Shown one piece after another: positions 1 to 13,360 of a stretch of 64,000 nucleotides of DNA. The stretch is from Octopus vulgaris (Eukaryota). Position 1 is the first letter of the stretch, and every line of letters starts with the position of its first letter. The stretch spans positions 6,076,001-6,140,000 of the forward strand of contig OX597827.1 of assembly GCA_951406725.2 (NCBI GenBank), given 5' to 3'. Below the pieces are notes generated by a model. That model did not search any database. It was not told the origin of the DNA and saw nothing but the letters and a program-made list of their open reading frames with translations. Position numbers and translations under genes: made by a program.

Positions 1-63
1 GCCCAAGATGCCATGCAGTGGGACTGAACCTGGAACCATGTGGTTTTTAAGCAAGCTACTTAC
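1..63 (-). mobile_element. SINE family A, head fragment at the window edge
   Basis: Matches the reverse complement of the family A 5' region. Confidence 0.75.
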
Positions 64-909
64 TTTTATCACCTTCAAAGTATTCTCCATTTGAAGCAAT
101 GCATTAGTCCAGGTATGTTTTCCACAATTCAAGCAGTGCTGAAATTTTTGCAAAATGATGCTTTTTAATGCCTCTGTCGTTTTTTGCTTCACCTCTTCCA
201 CATTTATAAATTCTGTAGCATCAGCTTTCGTCACCTGCGATGACTTTCGAAAAAAAAGGTCCGGATCAACTCACAACAGTTTTTGCAGTTCGCAACATTC
301 ATTCAGTTGTGATTGCTTTTGATCTTCCATGAGTAAGCGAGATACGAATATAACTGCAACTCTTTCCATTCTCAGTCCCTCACTCAAAATTTGTTAGCAG
401 GAGCTCCAGGACACACCAGTCATATCAACAAGTTCATCAATTGTTCAGCAACGTTCATTCAAGATCAGTTCATGAATTTCCATAATGTTTTCATCTGATC
501 GGAAAGTCGACAGTCACCCTCAATGAGATTGGTCTTCGAGAAAGAAGTGACCATTCTAAAGTTTGGAAACCTCTTGTAAACTCATGTTTTGCTCATGGCA
601 ATGTTCCTGTAAGCATGACAACTGTTGAAGCATGACAACTGTTTACGCCACCGTTTGCAACCAGCAGAAAACAAAATTCCTCAGAAGCACAGTTTTCCTT
701 CATTTCAGCCATCAACAAAAATTGATGAACTGGGGAGAAGCACTGCAAAAGAAAGTCACACCATGTGGCAGTACGACTTCGCTTAAGGACACTGGTTGGC
801 AGACTGATGCCTGAGGGTCGCATCCAGTGGTTTCTAGCAGCAGAAGTCTGAATTACAACGGGTTTGTCTCACAGAGAACGTTTCCGGTTACTTTTGGGTA
901 CCTCTTCGT
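64..909 (-). mobile_element. Internally deleted mariner transposon remnant
   Basis: TIR-like end TACGAAGAGGTACCCAAAAGTAACCGGAA near 880-910. Minus-strand peptides MAEMKENCASEEFCFLL, FVSRLLMEDQKQ (WVPHEL-equivalent), VIAGDES*CY, then a jump to VEEVKQKTTEALK and the C-terminal CIASNGEYFEG. Confidence 0.85.
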
Positions 910-1029
910 ATATGTATGCATGTATGCATGGACAGATGGATGAATATATGTATACACATATAATATGTGTATATGAAAGTGTATATGGCAAGTGTATATA
1001 ATATGTGTATATGAAAGTGTATATGGCAA

Positions 1030-1459
1030 GTGAAAATTGAAATCGATCAACATCAATGGAAATTGCAGCTGTGATACCAATGCTAGTGGTATGTAAGAGA
1101 ACCATCCGAACGTGGCCGTTGCCAGCGCCACCCCGAATGGCTTCGTGCCGGTGGCACGTAAAAAGCACCATCTGATTGTGGCCGTTGCCAGCCTCGCCTG
1201 GCCCCCGTGCCGGTGGCACGTAAAAAGCACCATCTGGTCGTGGCCGTTTGCCAGCCTCGTCTGGCAGCTGTGCTGGTGGCATGTAAAAAGCACCCACTAC
1301 ACTCACAGATTGGTTGGCGTTAAGAAGGGCATCCAGCTGTAGAAACATTGCCAGATCAGACTGGGCCTGGTGCAGCCTTCTGGCTTCCCAGACCCCAGTT
1401 GAACCGTCCAACCCATGCCAGCATGGAAAGCAGACGCTAAACGAAGATGATGATGAAGA

Positions 1460-1463
<4 letters not shown>
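1030..1463 (+). mobile_element. RTE LINE 3'UTR fragment with (GAT)n tail
   Basis: Colinear with 41740-42109. Confidence 0.85.
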
Positions 1464-1494
<31 letters not shown>

Positions 1495-1689
1495 CTATTT
1501 ATACACACACACACACACACACACACACAAGGGGTATTCATTAAAGATTTTCCATGACCCACTTCCAGTTACAGGTATAATCATACATGTCTCTACATTT
1601 CACATTGTAAATTGCTGCCATCCACCAGAATTCCTTTGTCTTTTACAGCTGCTGAAGTGGACTAAGGTGTTATAATGGAAGCAGTTAAA

Positions 1690-2075
1690 CGCTGAAAGTT
1701 ATGGTTTTCTTCTGGAGTTTTGTTTGGGAGAGGAGGTTTTTCCGTCTTTCTCAAAGACTGTCATTACTTTCAAGACAGTAATCCTTGATACACTAAACAT
1801 TTCAGCTGTTTTCTTTACTCTAGCACCTGCCATACAAGCACCAACAATTTGACCTCTTTGAAAGTCCAATAAATCTGTCATTTTAATGAATTTTAATTAC
1901 CTTTTTCAGATGATATCTGAACAGAAACAGCAATTTTAACAAAACTTATTTAGCAACACTAATAATAAATTTAAAAATAAACATAAAAATAAACAAGGTT
2001 TTGGCATTTTTATAGATATTTCAAAATTATGATGCTTTGAAGCTAGGTATTTCCATTGTTTTGTCCAACCCCTGT
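1690..2075 (-). mobile_element. Tc1 transposon 5' remnant (TIR plus N-terminal HTH)
   Basis: ORF 1699-1881 MTDLLDFQRGQIVGACMAGARVKKTAEMFSVSRITV..NSRRKP has the Tc1 paired-like HTH pattern. End TA|CAGGGGTTGGACAAAA at about 2075. Confidence 0.85.
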
Positions 2076-2829
2076 ATGTATATAAATATATATATGCAGT
2101 CATGTTTCTAAACAGTATTTTATATACATCAACATCTGAATATTTGTATATACACAAGAAATTATAAATCTATGTAGACAAACACATGCATCTGTATACT
2201 GTAACTTTTTTGTTATTTGTGTATAACAATTTGTTGTCCATGTACATTTGGTTTTTGTCTCTTGTAGTTGTGTGTGCAAATGGAATGGCATTTGTGTGTG
2301 TGAGTGCATATGTATGCATGTTCATATGTGTGTGTGTGTGTGCATGTATGCATAGCATGATATGTGTGCATATATGTGTTATGTAGTGTGTGTGTGTGTG
2401 TGTATATGTGCGTGCAGTCAGCTTTTACACAGCCTCAGTTTGAGTACTGTTGCAGTCTGTGTTGTCCTTTGTACCAAACAAAATCTAATGAGGGTTGTCA
2501 TATTTTGGGGTCAATTAAATGAATAAATATAAAAAAAATTTGCCAAGTAAAATAAAGTAAAATAAATCGTAGAAGATTCCTTAGTTATTGGTTTCAAATT
2601 TTTCAAATTTTGGTATAAGGCCAACAATTTTTGAGGAGGGGTTAAGCCAGTCACATTGGACCCCCAGTGCTCAGTTGTTATGTGCTTTCTCGATCCCAAA
2701 AGGATGACAAGCAAAGTTAGTGGAATTAGAACACAGAATGTAAGGACGGGTGAAATGCTACAAAACATTGCTTGCCATGCTAACAAATCTACCAGCTTAC
2801 CACTTTAGAAGATTCTATAATTATTGAGA

Positions 2830-3330
2830 TCACATCAGAATATGCAGATTCTACTCTCTCCTAGGTTGCCATGAACACTACTTAATTTTTACCAATATGT
2901 ATAATTAAAAGCAATTCTTGTGTTCCAGATATGTGGACGGCATCCACTTCTTCTTCTTGTGGGGAGATTAGACAACATATATGGCATTCTCAGTAATATA
3001 GGTGGCAACATAGACTTCAAAATGAAACATCTGATAACACTGGGTCTCTCACACTGCTCAGTTTCCAAATGAAATATCACAGAAAAGTGGTTTGTGAAAT
3101 TCAACTTCCTTAAGAAAGATACCTTCAGGGATTTGTTTGTCCCTTAAAGACCAACCCAACCATTTAGCAACACGGCCACATACAGAGTGTGATTCCTATT
3201 ATAAAGAACAACAGATTCAGCAAGGCAGGAGACAGAAGAACCAACATCATGTAACTCCAAAGAATGCTACAAGACAATGGTTATTCAGTACCATTTGTCA
3301 AAAGCTGGTCAATAAAAATCTTGATTGAAG
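2830..3330 (+). mobile_element. Highly degraded Penelope-like RT remnant
   Basis: SRYVDGIHFFFLWG at about 2924 resembles the RYVDDIF motif. It is followed by GILSNIGGNIDFKMK and LQRMLQDNGYSVPF at about 3255, resembling the Penelope thumb L..NGYP. Confidence 0.5.
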
Positions 3331-3519
3331 ATTAACACTACTACCATCAACAGCAACAGTTGCTTCTTTAAGCTGTCTCATTACGATAAGTTTAACTGGT
3401 GCAATCTGCCAAGTGGTTTTCAGAGAGGACTGGATACATAGACGACACAGTTTGGGCCTTGCCTGTGAAAAGGTTTGTCTGAAAAGTAGTACCTGTTTTA
3501 CAACACTTTCAGTGTCATG

Positions 3520-3865
3520 GTTGATGCCAGTATCTTCTGACTGGCACTCATGCTGGTGGCATGTAAAAAGCACCATTTGAGCACTGGACCTCACGGAGGC
3601 AGTGACAGGTGAACGAGATCTTTGTCAAGCCAAGTGAGATCGTAGTTGTGGCTGATAATGGTGTCACATTAATGGCACCTGTGTCAGGGGCATGTAAAAA
3701 GCACCCACTACACTCCTGGAGTGGTTGCCATTAGGAAGGGCATCCAGCTGTAGAAACCTTGTCAAATCAGACTGGAAACTGGTGCAGCTGCCCAGCTTCT
3801 GAGTTTTCAGTCAAGCCCTCCAACCATGCCAGCATGGAAAGCAGATATTAAGTGATGATGATGAT
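3520..3865 (+). mobile_element. RTE LINE 3'UTR fragment
   Basis: GGCATGTAAAAAGCACC repeats, GGAAGGGCATCCAGCTGTAGAAAC and a (GAT)n tail. Confidence 0.8.
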
Positions 3866-4683
3866 TAAGTCCATTGGCCAACTGCTTTATCAACAATGTG
3901 AACATGTGTGGTTATGGGTTTTCATTGTATACTACATAGCATGTAATGATCTCAAGTTTTAGTACAAGGCCATGAATATTATAGGAGAAGGAGCAAGCAG
4001 ATTACATCAACCCCAGTTCTCAAGACAAGAGAAAGTACTTATCTTATCAACTCTGAAAGGATGATCACAAAGTTGACCATGGCAGAATTTGAACACCAAA
4101 GGTTCAAAGAACCTGAAGAAATGCCACTTACGATTTTGCCTGACATGCTAATGATCCTGCTAATTGATCTGTCTTAGCATGTAGCATGTGATAATGCAAT
4201 AAATTGCTCCATATTGTGTACCTTATAGCATTAAGGAGGTAATGGATATTATATTTGATGGACTCCCTGCTGTCAACATGTCCATGTAAAAGAAAGTATT
4301 CGTAGAAGTCCTCATCACTTTGAAATGTAAACAAAAAAGCATGAGACACAGTAGGCTTAGAAGAGAATGACAGAAATTTGAGTCTTTAAGAGAACCCCCC
4401 CCCACCACCACCACCACTACCACCACCACCACTACTACCACCACCACCACTACTACCACCACTACCACCACTACTACCACCACCACCACCACCACCACCA
4501 CCACCACCACCATATATAAATGCATACACACCCACAGAGCTCCTCCTCCTCCAATACACACATATGTATACACCATAAAACGTCAGGAGCTACGAAAGGT
4601 GAATATATTTATTTAATCAGTTGTTAACCTTAGGATTACAGCTGTTTTGCAGCCACCATCATGTAATAATAATTTCAGTGTAT

Positions 4684-4901
4684 ACTCTTTACTCTTTACT
4701 CTTTTACGTGTTTCAGTCATTTGACGGCGGCCATGCTGGAGCACCGCCTTTAGTCGAGCAAATCGACCCCGGGACTTATTCTTTGTAAGCCCAGTACTTA
4801 TTCTATCGGTCTCTTTTGCCAAACCGCTAAGTGACAGGGACGTAAACACACCAGCATCGGTTGTCAAGCAATGCTAGAGAGACAAACACAGACAAACATA
4901 T

Positions 4902-4934
<33 letters not shown>

Positions 4935-5097
4935 CATATAGACGACAGGCTTCTTTCAGTTTCCGTCTACCAAATCCACTCACAAGGCTTTGGTCGGCCC
5001 GGGGCTATAGTAGAAGACACTTGCCCAAGATGCCATGTAGTGGGACTGAACCCGGAACCATGTGGCTGGTTAGCAAGCTACTTACCACACAGCCACT
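4684..5097 (-). mobile_element. SINE family A (tRNA-derived head, CORE-like motif, internal TA/TG tract, GTAAAAGA tail)
   Basis: Near-identical to about ten other copies in the window. Pol III A-box-like TGGCTGTGTGG, B-box-like GGTTCAGTCC, and CORE-like CCTTGGGCAAGT. Confidence 0.9.
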
Positions 5098-5296
5098 CAA
5101 AATTATTTTACATATCTGCACCAAAATGCATGCTATACTTTGTACAATACAATTGTACATTTAGAATTCAATGCAGATAAAGAAGGCTTGCTCATCTGAT
5201 CACCAGAACATCATGGTTAACCAATGCTTGACAGTCACCAGAGTCTATAAATCTATATACTGCACTTCAAATATCTATAGCTAGATATGTATATAT

Positions 5297-5533
5297 TCTT
5301 TTACTCTTTTATTTGTTTCAGTCATTTTGACTGTGGCCATGCTGGAGCACCACTTTTAGTTGAACGAATCGACCCCTGGACTTATTCTTTGTAAGCCTAG
5401 TACTTAATCTATTGGTCTCTTTTGCTGAACCGCTAAGTTATGGGGATGTAAACAAATCAACACCGGTTGTCAAGCGATGGTGATGGGACAAACACAGACA
5501 CACACACACACACACACACACATACAAACATGT

Positions 5534-5584
<51 letters not shown>

Positions 5585-5745
5585 ACAGGTTTCTTTCAGT
5601 TTCCGTCTACCAAATCTACTCACAAGGCTTTTGGTCGGCCCGAGGCTATAGTAGAAGACACTTGCCCGAGGTGCCACGCAATGGGACTGAACCTGGAACC
5701 ATGTGGTTGGAAAGCAAGGTTCTTACCACACAGCTACTCATGCAC
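5297..5745 (-). mobile_element. SINE family A, diverged copy
   Basis: Colinear with the family A consensus. Confidence 0.85.
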
Positions 5746-6249
5746 CATATATATATATATAATCATGGGTTTCTTTTAGCTTCTATCCACCAGATCCACT
5801 CACAAGGATTTGGTTGGCCAGGGGCTATAATAGGGGACACTTGCTCAAGGTACAAGAACGCACTTCTACATAGAAATGTATGCTCATTCATGTACATACA
5901 ACCGAATATGCCCGTGCATGCACAAACGTATATAGTTGTGCACTCTTACACACACACACTCTCACATATACACATACATACATACATACATACATACATA
6001 CATACACACACACTCTATATATGTTCAAATAACTACAAAACCTTCTCAATAGATTTTCACAATTTCTTCACATCGAACGCATAATACTTATGCACAAACA
6101 AACATAAATATAAGCAAATACATGCACACGTGCATGTGTGAGTGTGTGGTGCTGCAGGGGGGGAGGTGCACATCTACGCACAAACATATGCTGTCAGAGT
6201 CTGTATACACATCGATTTTGCGTGTCTGTGTGAGTTCAAAATGGTGTGT

Positions 6250-6564
6250 GTATGTATGTATGTATGTACGTATGTATGTGTGTGTGTATGTATGTATGTA
6301 TGTATGCATGTGTGTATGTATGTATGTATGTATGTATGTATGTATGTATGTATGTATGTATGTATGTATGTATGTATGTATGTATGTATGTATGTATGTA
6401 TGTATGTATGTATGTATGTATGTGTGTATGTATGTATGTATGTATGTATGTATGTGTGTATGCATGTATGTATGTATGTATGTATGCATGTATGTATGTA
6501 TGTATGTATGTATGTATGTGTATGTATGTATGTATGTATGTATGTATGTATGTATGTATGTATG

Positions 6565-6598
<34 letters not shown>

Positions 6599-6648
6599 TG
6601 TATGTATGTATGTATGTATGTATGTATGTATGTATGTATGTATGTATG

Positions 6649-6682
<34 letters not shown>

Positions 6683-6752
6683 TGTATGTATGTATGTATG
6701 TATGTATGTATGTGTATGTATGTATGTATGTATGGTATGTATGTATGTATGT
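6250..6752. repeat. (TATG)n tetranucleotide microsatellite, about 500 bp
   Basis: Seen directly. Confidence 0.97.
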
Positions 6753-7236
6753 GTGTATATACTGGGAATGAAGGGGTGGAGTGGAGAAGCAATGTAAACA
6801 TAAAAACTCTCCCATTTCTCCACAATGGATCTAAATAAATAAAGAACAGTGACTCAGTTTCTCTCTTTCTCTCTCTCTCTCTCTCACTCTCTCTCTCTCT
6901 CTCACTCTCTCTCTTTCTTCTCACCTTCTCCCTCTTTCTTTCTCCCTTTCACTATTTATCTATCTATTACTTTCTGTTTTACTCTTTTCATCGTTTACAT
7001 ACGCATCTGTACAATCACATACACACATATATATATATTGATAAATAACATAAACAGCAAATGTGTTCAAACATATGCATACATATAAAAATATATCTGT
7101 GTATATGAATATATATATATATATATACATACATATACATACACACACACATATATATATGTATATTTGTATATATAAAAGTATAAATAAATATATATAT
7201 GTATATAAACATATACATATAAATATGCACATGCAT

Positions 7237-7275
<39 letters not shown>

Positions 7276-7406
7276 GTGTGTGTGTGTGTCTCTCTCTATA
7301 TATATATATATTTATGTATGTATGCATGTATGTATAAATATATATATTCAATTACTTTCAATCTCTAATACACAGGACACACTCAAACATTGTTTCATTC
7401 TATAAA

Positions 7407-7437
<31 letters not shown>

Positions 7438-8417
7438 TGTGTGTGTATATACACACACACACACACATATATATTTATATATACATACACACACACACAC
7501 ATACATGCATATGTATATGTATATATACATGCATACATACACATACACATACATGCATATGTATATGTATATATACATGCATGCATATATAATACATACA
7601 TGCACGTGCACAAACATATACACACACACCTACATATACATACATATATACTATCTCTAGATTACTGTCGCCCACCTCCCCCGTCTCACTCACCTACTCC
7701 CATCACTGCTTAAAGGGACCTTCCCGATGTGTTTTACTAATCAAGCGTATATCCACCAGCCTGTGTGTTCCCAATCAGCATCACTGCACCCATTGTGCAC
7801 ATGCTATCAGTTCAGCAGTCATGCTATTTTTGAAAAGCAGACTCGTTTACGCCTCAACCCATCACCCTTTAACTCCACCCACCTTCATCACCCATCCATC
7901 CATCCATCCATCCATCCATCCTCCCACTCCCCTCTCTGTGTTTTACGCCTACCCTAATGACATTTTCTCCAGCATATCGCACCCCCCCCCCCACCTCCCT
8001 CTCTCTCTCTCTCTCGCAAATCGTTACATGGGAGAAAGCTGAGGGGGTGGGGAGGCAAACACTAACTGGAGTTGGTGCGTGAAAATGTGGGGTGATGAGT
8101 AGAGTTTTAGTTTGTGACAGATGCAGAGAAGAAACGCGTGCACACATGTAAACACACACAGATCCAATCATAATTACAAGCAGATACATGAAAACAATCA
8201 GTGACATTTATATACAAACGTACGTGAATATTTTTATATTTATATATGTGTGTATATATTCATATATATTTATATTCATATACACGTGTGTGCAAGTTGA
8301 ATACAAGTTTATCTACCGGTATATCTATGTATATATTTGCGTGTATGCATGTGTATGTAATATAATATAAGATAATATGATATATTTACACACACACACA
8401 CACATTTATATACATAC

Positions 8418-8469
<52 letters not shown>

Positions 8470-8912
8470 AGAGAAAGAGAGAGAGAGAGATACATATAAG
8501 TATTGATGCATAGATGTATGTATGTACTTATATAGATACACACACATATATATATATATATATATAAACACATACACATATATACATATATGTATATATA
8601 CATACATACATATATACATATATACTTACATATATGCATATATGTATATACACACACATACACATATACATCTATACATCCATCCATACATACATACATA
8701 TATGTGTTTGTGTGTGTGTGTATATGTATATATAGATATAGATATGTAAATGTATATTTGTGAGTGAATACATATGTTTAAGCTCATGTGTATAAATGTT
8801 TATTGAAAAATCAAACAAACACACATACATATAAGCACAAAATTAAGCACACATTGAGACATACACATTATGTGCTCATGACCATACACACACTCATACA
8901 GGTAGACACACA

Positions 8913-8956
<44 letters not shown>

Positions 8957-9084
8957 GTGATGCATGTTCACATAAGCACACTTATATATGTACATAAAGA
9001 AATATACACCATGTAAACAGATATATCTATATGTAATCACTCTCTCTCTCTCTATATATATATGTAAATATGTGATTGCATGTG

Positions 9085-9430
<346 letters not shown>

Positions 9431-9899
9431 ATTTATACACACATGCAAAATACAAAGCACACATATGAATACCATTCACAACAATACTGCTTGTACAGCC
9501 CACATTATTTATTTATTTATTTACTTTTTGTAATTTTATTTATTTTTTTTTTTAAAGAATATTTTTTTATGTTTTTGAAATATAAATCTACTTTATCAGA
9601 CAATAAGAACTTATAAGCTTTTAGTGATATCCAAATAGGTTCTAACCTCGGGCTAGGCATCACTGATTCTGCAGAATAGCTTTATAGAATTTCAACTTCA
9701 TCTTATTCACAGACATTGAACATATGAATAAAGAGAAAATATTTAGGATTGAACTTATTTTTTTTTTTTCACTTTAGAATATGAGACATTTACTGGATGG
9801 CAATAATTATTAACTATTGTAGCAAACAAGGAACAATACAGTCAAGTTTTTTATTCCATTATTTACTGTAGTGTACCTATATTCATTCATTCATTCTTG

Positions 9900-9934
<35 letters not shown>

Positions 9935-10022
9935 TCACTGATTTCAGTTCATTGGACTGTGGTTTTGCTGAGGTACCAGCATTGAGGGTTTTTAGCCGAT
10001 TATAATGACCTCAGTAGTATAT

Positions 10023-10372
10023 ACTCTTTTACTCTTTTACTCTTTTACTCGTGTCAGTCATTTAACTGCGGCCATGCTGGAGCACCGCCTTTTTAGTCGA
10101 GCAACTCGACCACGGGACTTATTCTTTTGTAAGCCCAGTACTTATTCTATCGGTCTCTTTTGCCGAACCGCTAAGTAACAGGGACATAAACACACCAGCA
10201 TCGGTTGTCAAGCAATGCTAGGGGGACAAACACAGACACACGAACACACACACGCATATAAATATATATATACATATACACGACGGGCTTCTTTCAGTTT
10301 CTGTCTACCAAATCCACTCACAAGGCTTTGGTTGGCCCGAGGCTATAGTAGAAGACACTTGCCCAAGGTGCC
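10023..10372 (-). mobile_element. SINE family A, 5'-truncated
   Basis: Tail and body match; the head is missing. Confidence 0.85.
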
Positions 10373-10532
10373 ACCTGGTACTTATTTCATTATTTCTCTT
10401 GTAGGATACCAAATGCAAAAGAGAACATTGATATCAGGTGAGAGATATTTCAGTTGAACACTAATATTGCAAGGTGTATTTTTTGCCTGAATGTATTGGT
10501 TCTCATCCTAAGATGATATCAACACACAAATG

Positions 10533-10587
<55 letters not shown>

Positions 10588-10677
10588 GGGGAGAGAGAGA
10601 GGGGGGGACAAAGAGAGAAGTGAGTTAAGAAGTTTGTTTGAGAACTGTTCAGTACTGGAATCAATCCCACCATATGA

Positions 10678-11055
10678 CATCATCATCATCATCATTTAAC
10701 GTCCACTTTCCATGCTAGCATGGGTTGGATGATTTGACTGTGGGCTGGTGAACCAGATGGCTGCATCAGGTTTCAATCTTGATCTGGCAGAGTTTCTACA
10801 GCTGGATGCCCTTCCTAATGCCTATCATTCTGAGAGTGTAGTGGGTGCTTTTATGTACCACCGGAATGGGGGCCAGTCAGGCGGTACTGGTAACGACCTC
10901 GCTTGAATCTTTTTACATGTGCCACCAGCACAAGTGCCAGTAAGGTGACGCTCATAATGATCATGCTTGAATGGTGCCTCTTATGTGCCACCGGCGCGGA
11001 AGCCAGTTAGTCACTCTGGCAACAATCATGCTCGGATGGTGCTCTTAGCACCCTA
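10678..11055 (-). mobile_element. RTE LINE 3'UTR fragment
   Basis: (CAT)n followed by the reverse complement of the LINE tail. Confidence 0.8.
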
Positions 11056-11426
11056 CTAGGACATCATATGTAAATGTCTTTTACTGAACTATAAAATTCA
11101 CCAAAATCTTGTAAACTGAAATTTAGTTGAGAAAAAACTTGTGGAAGCCAATCAGATGAATTTTAACTAATCTTGAATAGCAAACAGCTAGTAAGATCGA
11201 CTCTCCTCTTCCTGCAATAGTTCTTGAGAAGACAATGAGAAAACCATCACTTCTGTAGAGTTGTTCTTAAATCCAGCTCAATTTGTAGCTACATACTTTC
11301 AGATTCAGTGCCATTGTACAGCACTTTGAACCTTGGGCAAGTGTCTTCTACTATAACCCTAGGCCAACTAATGCTTTGTGAGTGGACTTGGTAAACAGAA
11401 CCTGTGAGGAAGGTCATCTTCATATA

Positions 11427-11710
11427 TCATCATCATCATTTAATGTCCGTTGTCCATACTGGCGCGGGTTGGACTGTCTGACCAGAGCTGGTAAGCTGAG
11501 GGGCTGCACCATACACCAGTCTGATTTGGCATGGTTCCTATGGCTGGATGCCCTTCCTAATGCCAACCACTCCAAGCATGAAATAGGTGCTTTTCTGTAC
11601 TGTACTACTGGCATCGGTGCCAGTTGCATGACACCAGTATCTACCATGACTATGATTTCACATGACTTGATGGGTCTTCTTAAGCACTGTGTATTGCCAA
11701 AGTTCTTGGA
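11427..11710 (-). mobile_element. RTE LINE 3'UTR fragment
   Basis: Same pattern as 10678-11055, more diverged. Confidence 0.75.
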
Positions 11711-11716
11711 CATTTG

Positions 11717-11786
<70 letters not shown>

Positions 11787-12770
11787 CTATTCATGTATGT
11801 ATGTTTCTGTGCCTGTGTATATCACTAAATCCTTTCTTGACAACTGGTGTTGGTTACTTTATCTTACCATAGCTTAGTGGAGACATAAACAAACCAACAC
11901 TGGATGTCAAGAAGTGCATCCAGGATTAGAAATGATGCCAGAGGAGAGATGAGAAGTTGGCACAATTCTCTGGCTTACCACCTCTTGATAAACTGTCCAA
12001 CCCATGCCAGTATAGGAAAGGAACGTTAAAGAATGAGGAACCAGTAAGAGATCAAAAGAATATGCACTAGACCTAAAAACCGAAACAACATAAGCACTGG
12101 GTGTGATGGGGTGAATTCTTTAGCCAAAACCTTTCCAGTCAATACCTCAGCATTGTCATAATGCAATAACTGAAACGAGCAATAGATTAAAAGCAGTATT
12201 CTCTTATATTTGGTAACTGTTTGAAGATCAACTCTTAGTCTTGTGTAATTAACTTGGTCTCACGTAGGTCAAGTAAAGACAATGAGAAAGATTGCTACAT
12301 GTTCAGCCTTGTAACATTACAATGAAGATGAAGTGTTATTACTGTGTGCTGAACTTAACTCCTCCTCATGTAGCTCACTCCTCATCATGCAGCTCAATAC
12401 ACTTGTGCCAACAAGAACATAGAAACAAGGGAAATAACCCCAGTGTTAGTTGCCTGGCTGTCTTTCCAATTTCCAGCAGAGGAAAGGTATAAAAGGTACT
12501 TGGAACTGATAGTGAGAGCCATATTAAAGCAAGATTACACAGAACAAGAATTGTATTGAATTTAGTTATGTTATGTAGCCCTTCCATTTAAACTCATTGA
12601 AAGATAGAACAAATATTGCTTGTTGGTCTTTCATACCCCAATTTCTATCCATCAGCCACTTTCCTTCTACACTCTCATAAGCTTCCACACTCTCCACACA
12701 CTCATTAACAAACTTACCTATCCATGAACCCTACTCAGTCCTTTCTTATATCCCCCTTTCTGTAACTTAA

Positions 12771-12991
12771 CCCTTTAGCATTTAAACCGGCCATATCCGG
12801 CCAAAAGTATTCTACCTGTTTTATGTTCAAACTGGCCAGATCTGGTCTCTCACACCAACCCTACAATATCGTTTTAAAAATAAACAGCTACCTCATCAAA
12901 ATCTCATAGCTACAAGATAATGCATGATTAGTTCAAAACAATGTGGATAAAAACGGATTAATTTTGGCAGAATAATGTGAACACTAAAGGG
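12771..12991. mobile_element. piggyBac-family MITE
   Basis: TTAA|CCCTTTAG ... CTAAAGGG|TTAA: TTAA TSD and terminal inverted repeats. Confidence 0.9.
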
Positions 12992-13149
12992 TTAAAGGCA
13001 CATCTTGACACATCTTCACCATTTTATCTCTTTTCCAGCTGAGGTAACCATCCATTTCCTCTACAGCAAGAAATCTATTGCTGTCCCTCTACTATATTTT
13101 AATCTCTTATTATCTGCCCTGAAGCCACTACCTGTATTAAGCCCCACCT

Positions 13150-13360
13150 TCATTTGAGAGGTCTTGTCATGCAAGTTACTTTGTAACCTCACTGGTGCTG
13201 GTGCCGCATAAAAAAGCATCCACTACACTCTGTAAAGTGGTTGGCATTAGAAAAGGCATCCAGCCATAGAAACCATGCCAAAGTAGACATTGGAGCTTGG
13301 GTTGTCAGCTGCTGTTAAACTTACCAACCCATGCGAATATGGAAAACGGATGTTAATAAT
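13150..13360 (+). mobile_element. RTE LINE 3'UTR fragment
   Basis: Tail motifs followed by a GAT/AAT-rich microsatellite. Confidence 0.7.

Noticed and set aside
1140-1300. Repeat-spacer pattern (GTGCCGGTGGCACGTAAAAAGCACC with variable spacers) resembling a CRISPR array
   Set aside because: The spacers are related to each other, the pattern is part of the RTE LINE 3'UTR, and the context is eukaryotic with no cas genes.
4613-5164. Recurrent short ORFs (MTTDAGVF.., VSVYQIHSQG.., RRHLPKVP..) that look like a gene family
   Set aside because: They are translations of the non-coding SINE family A.
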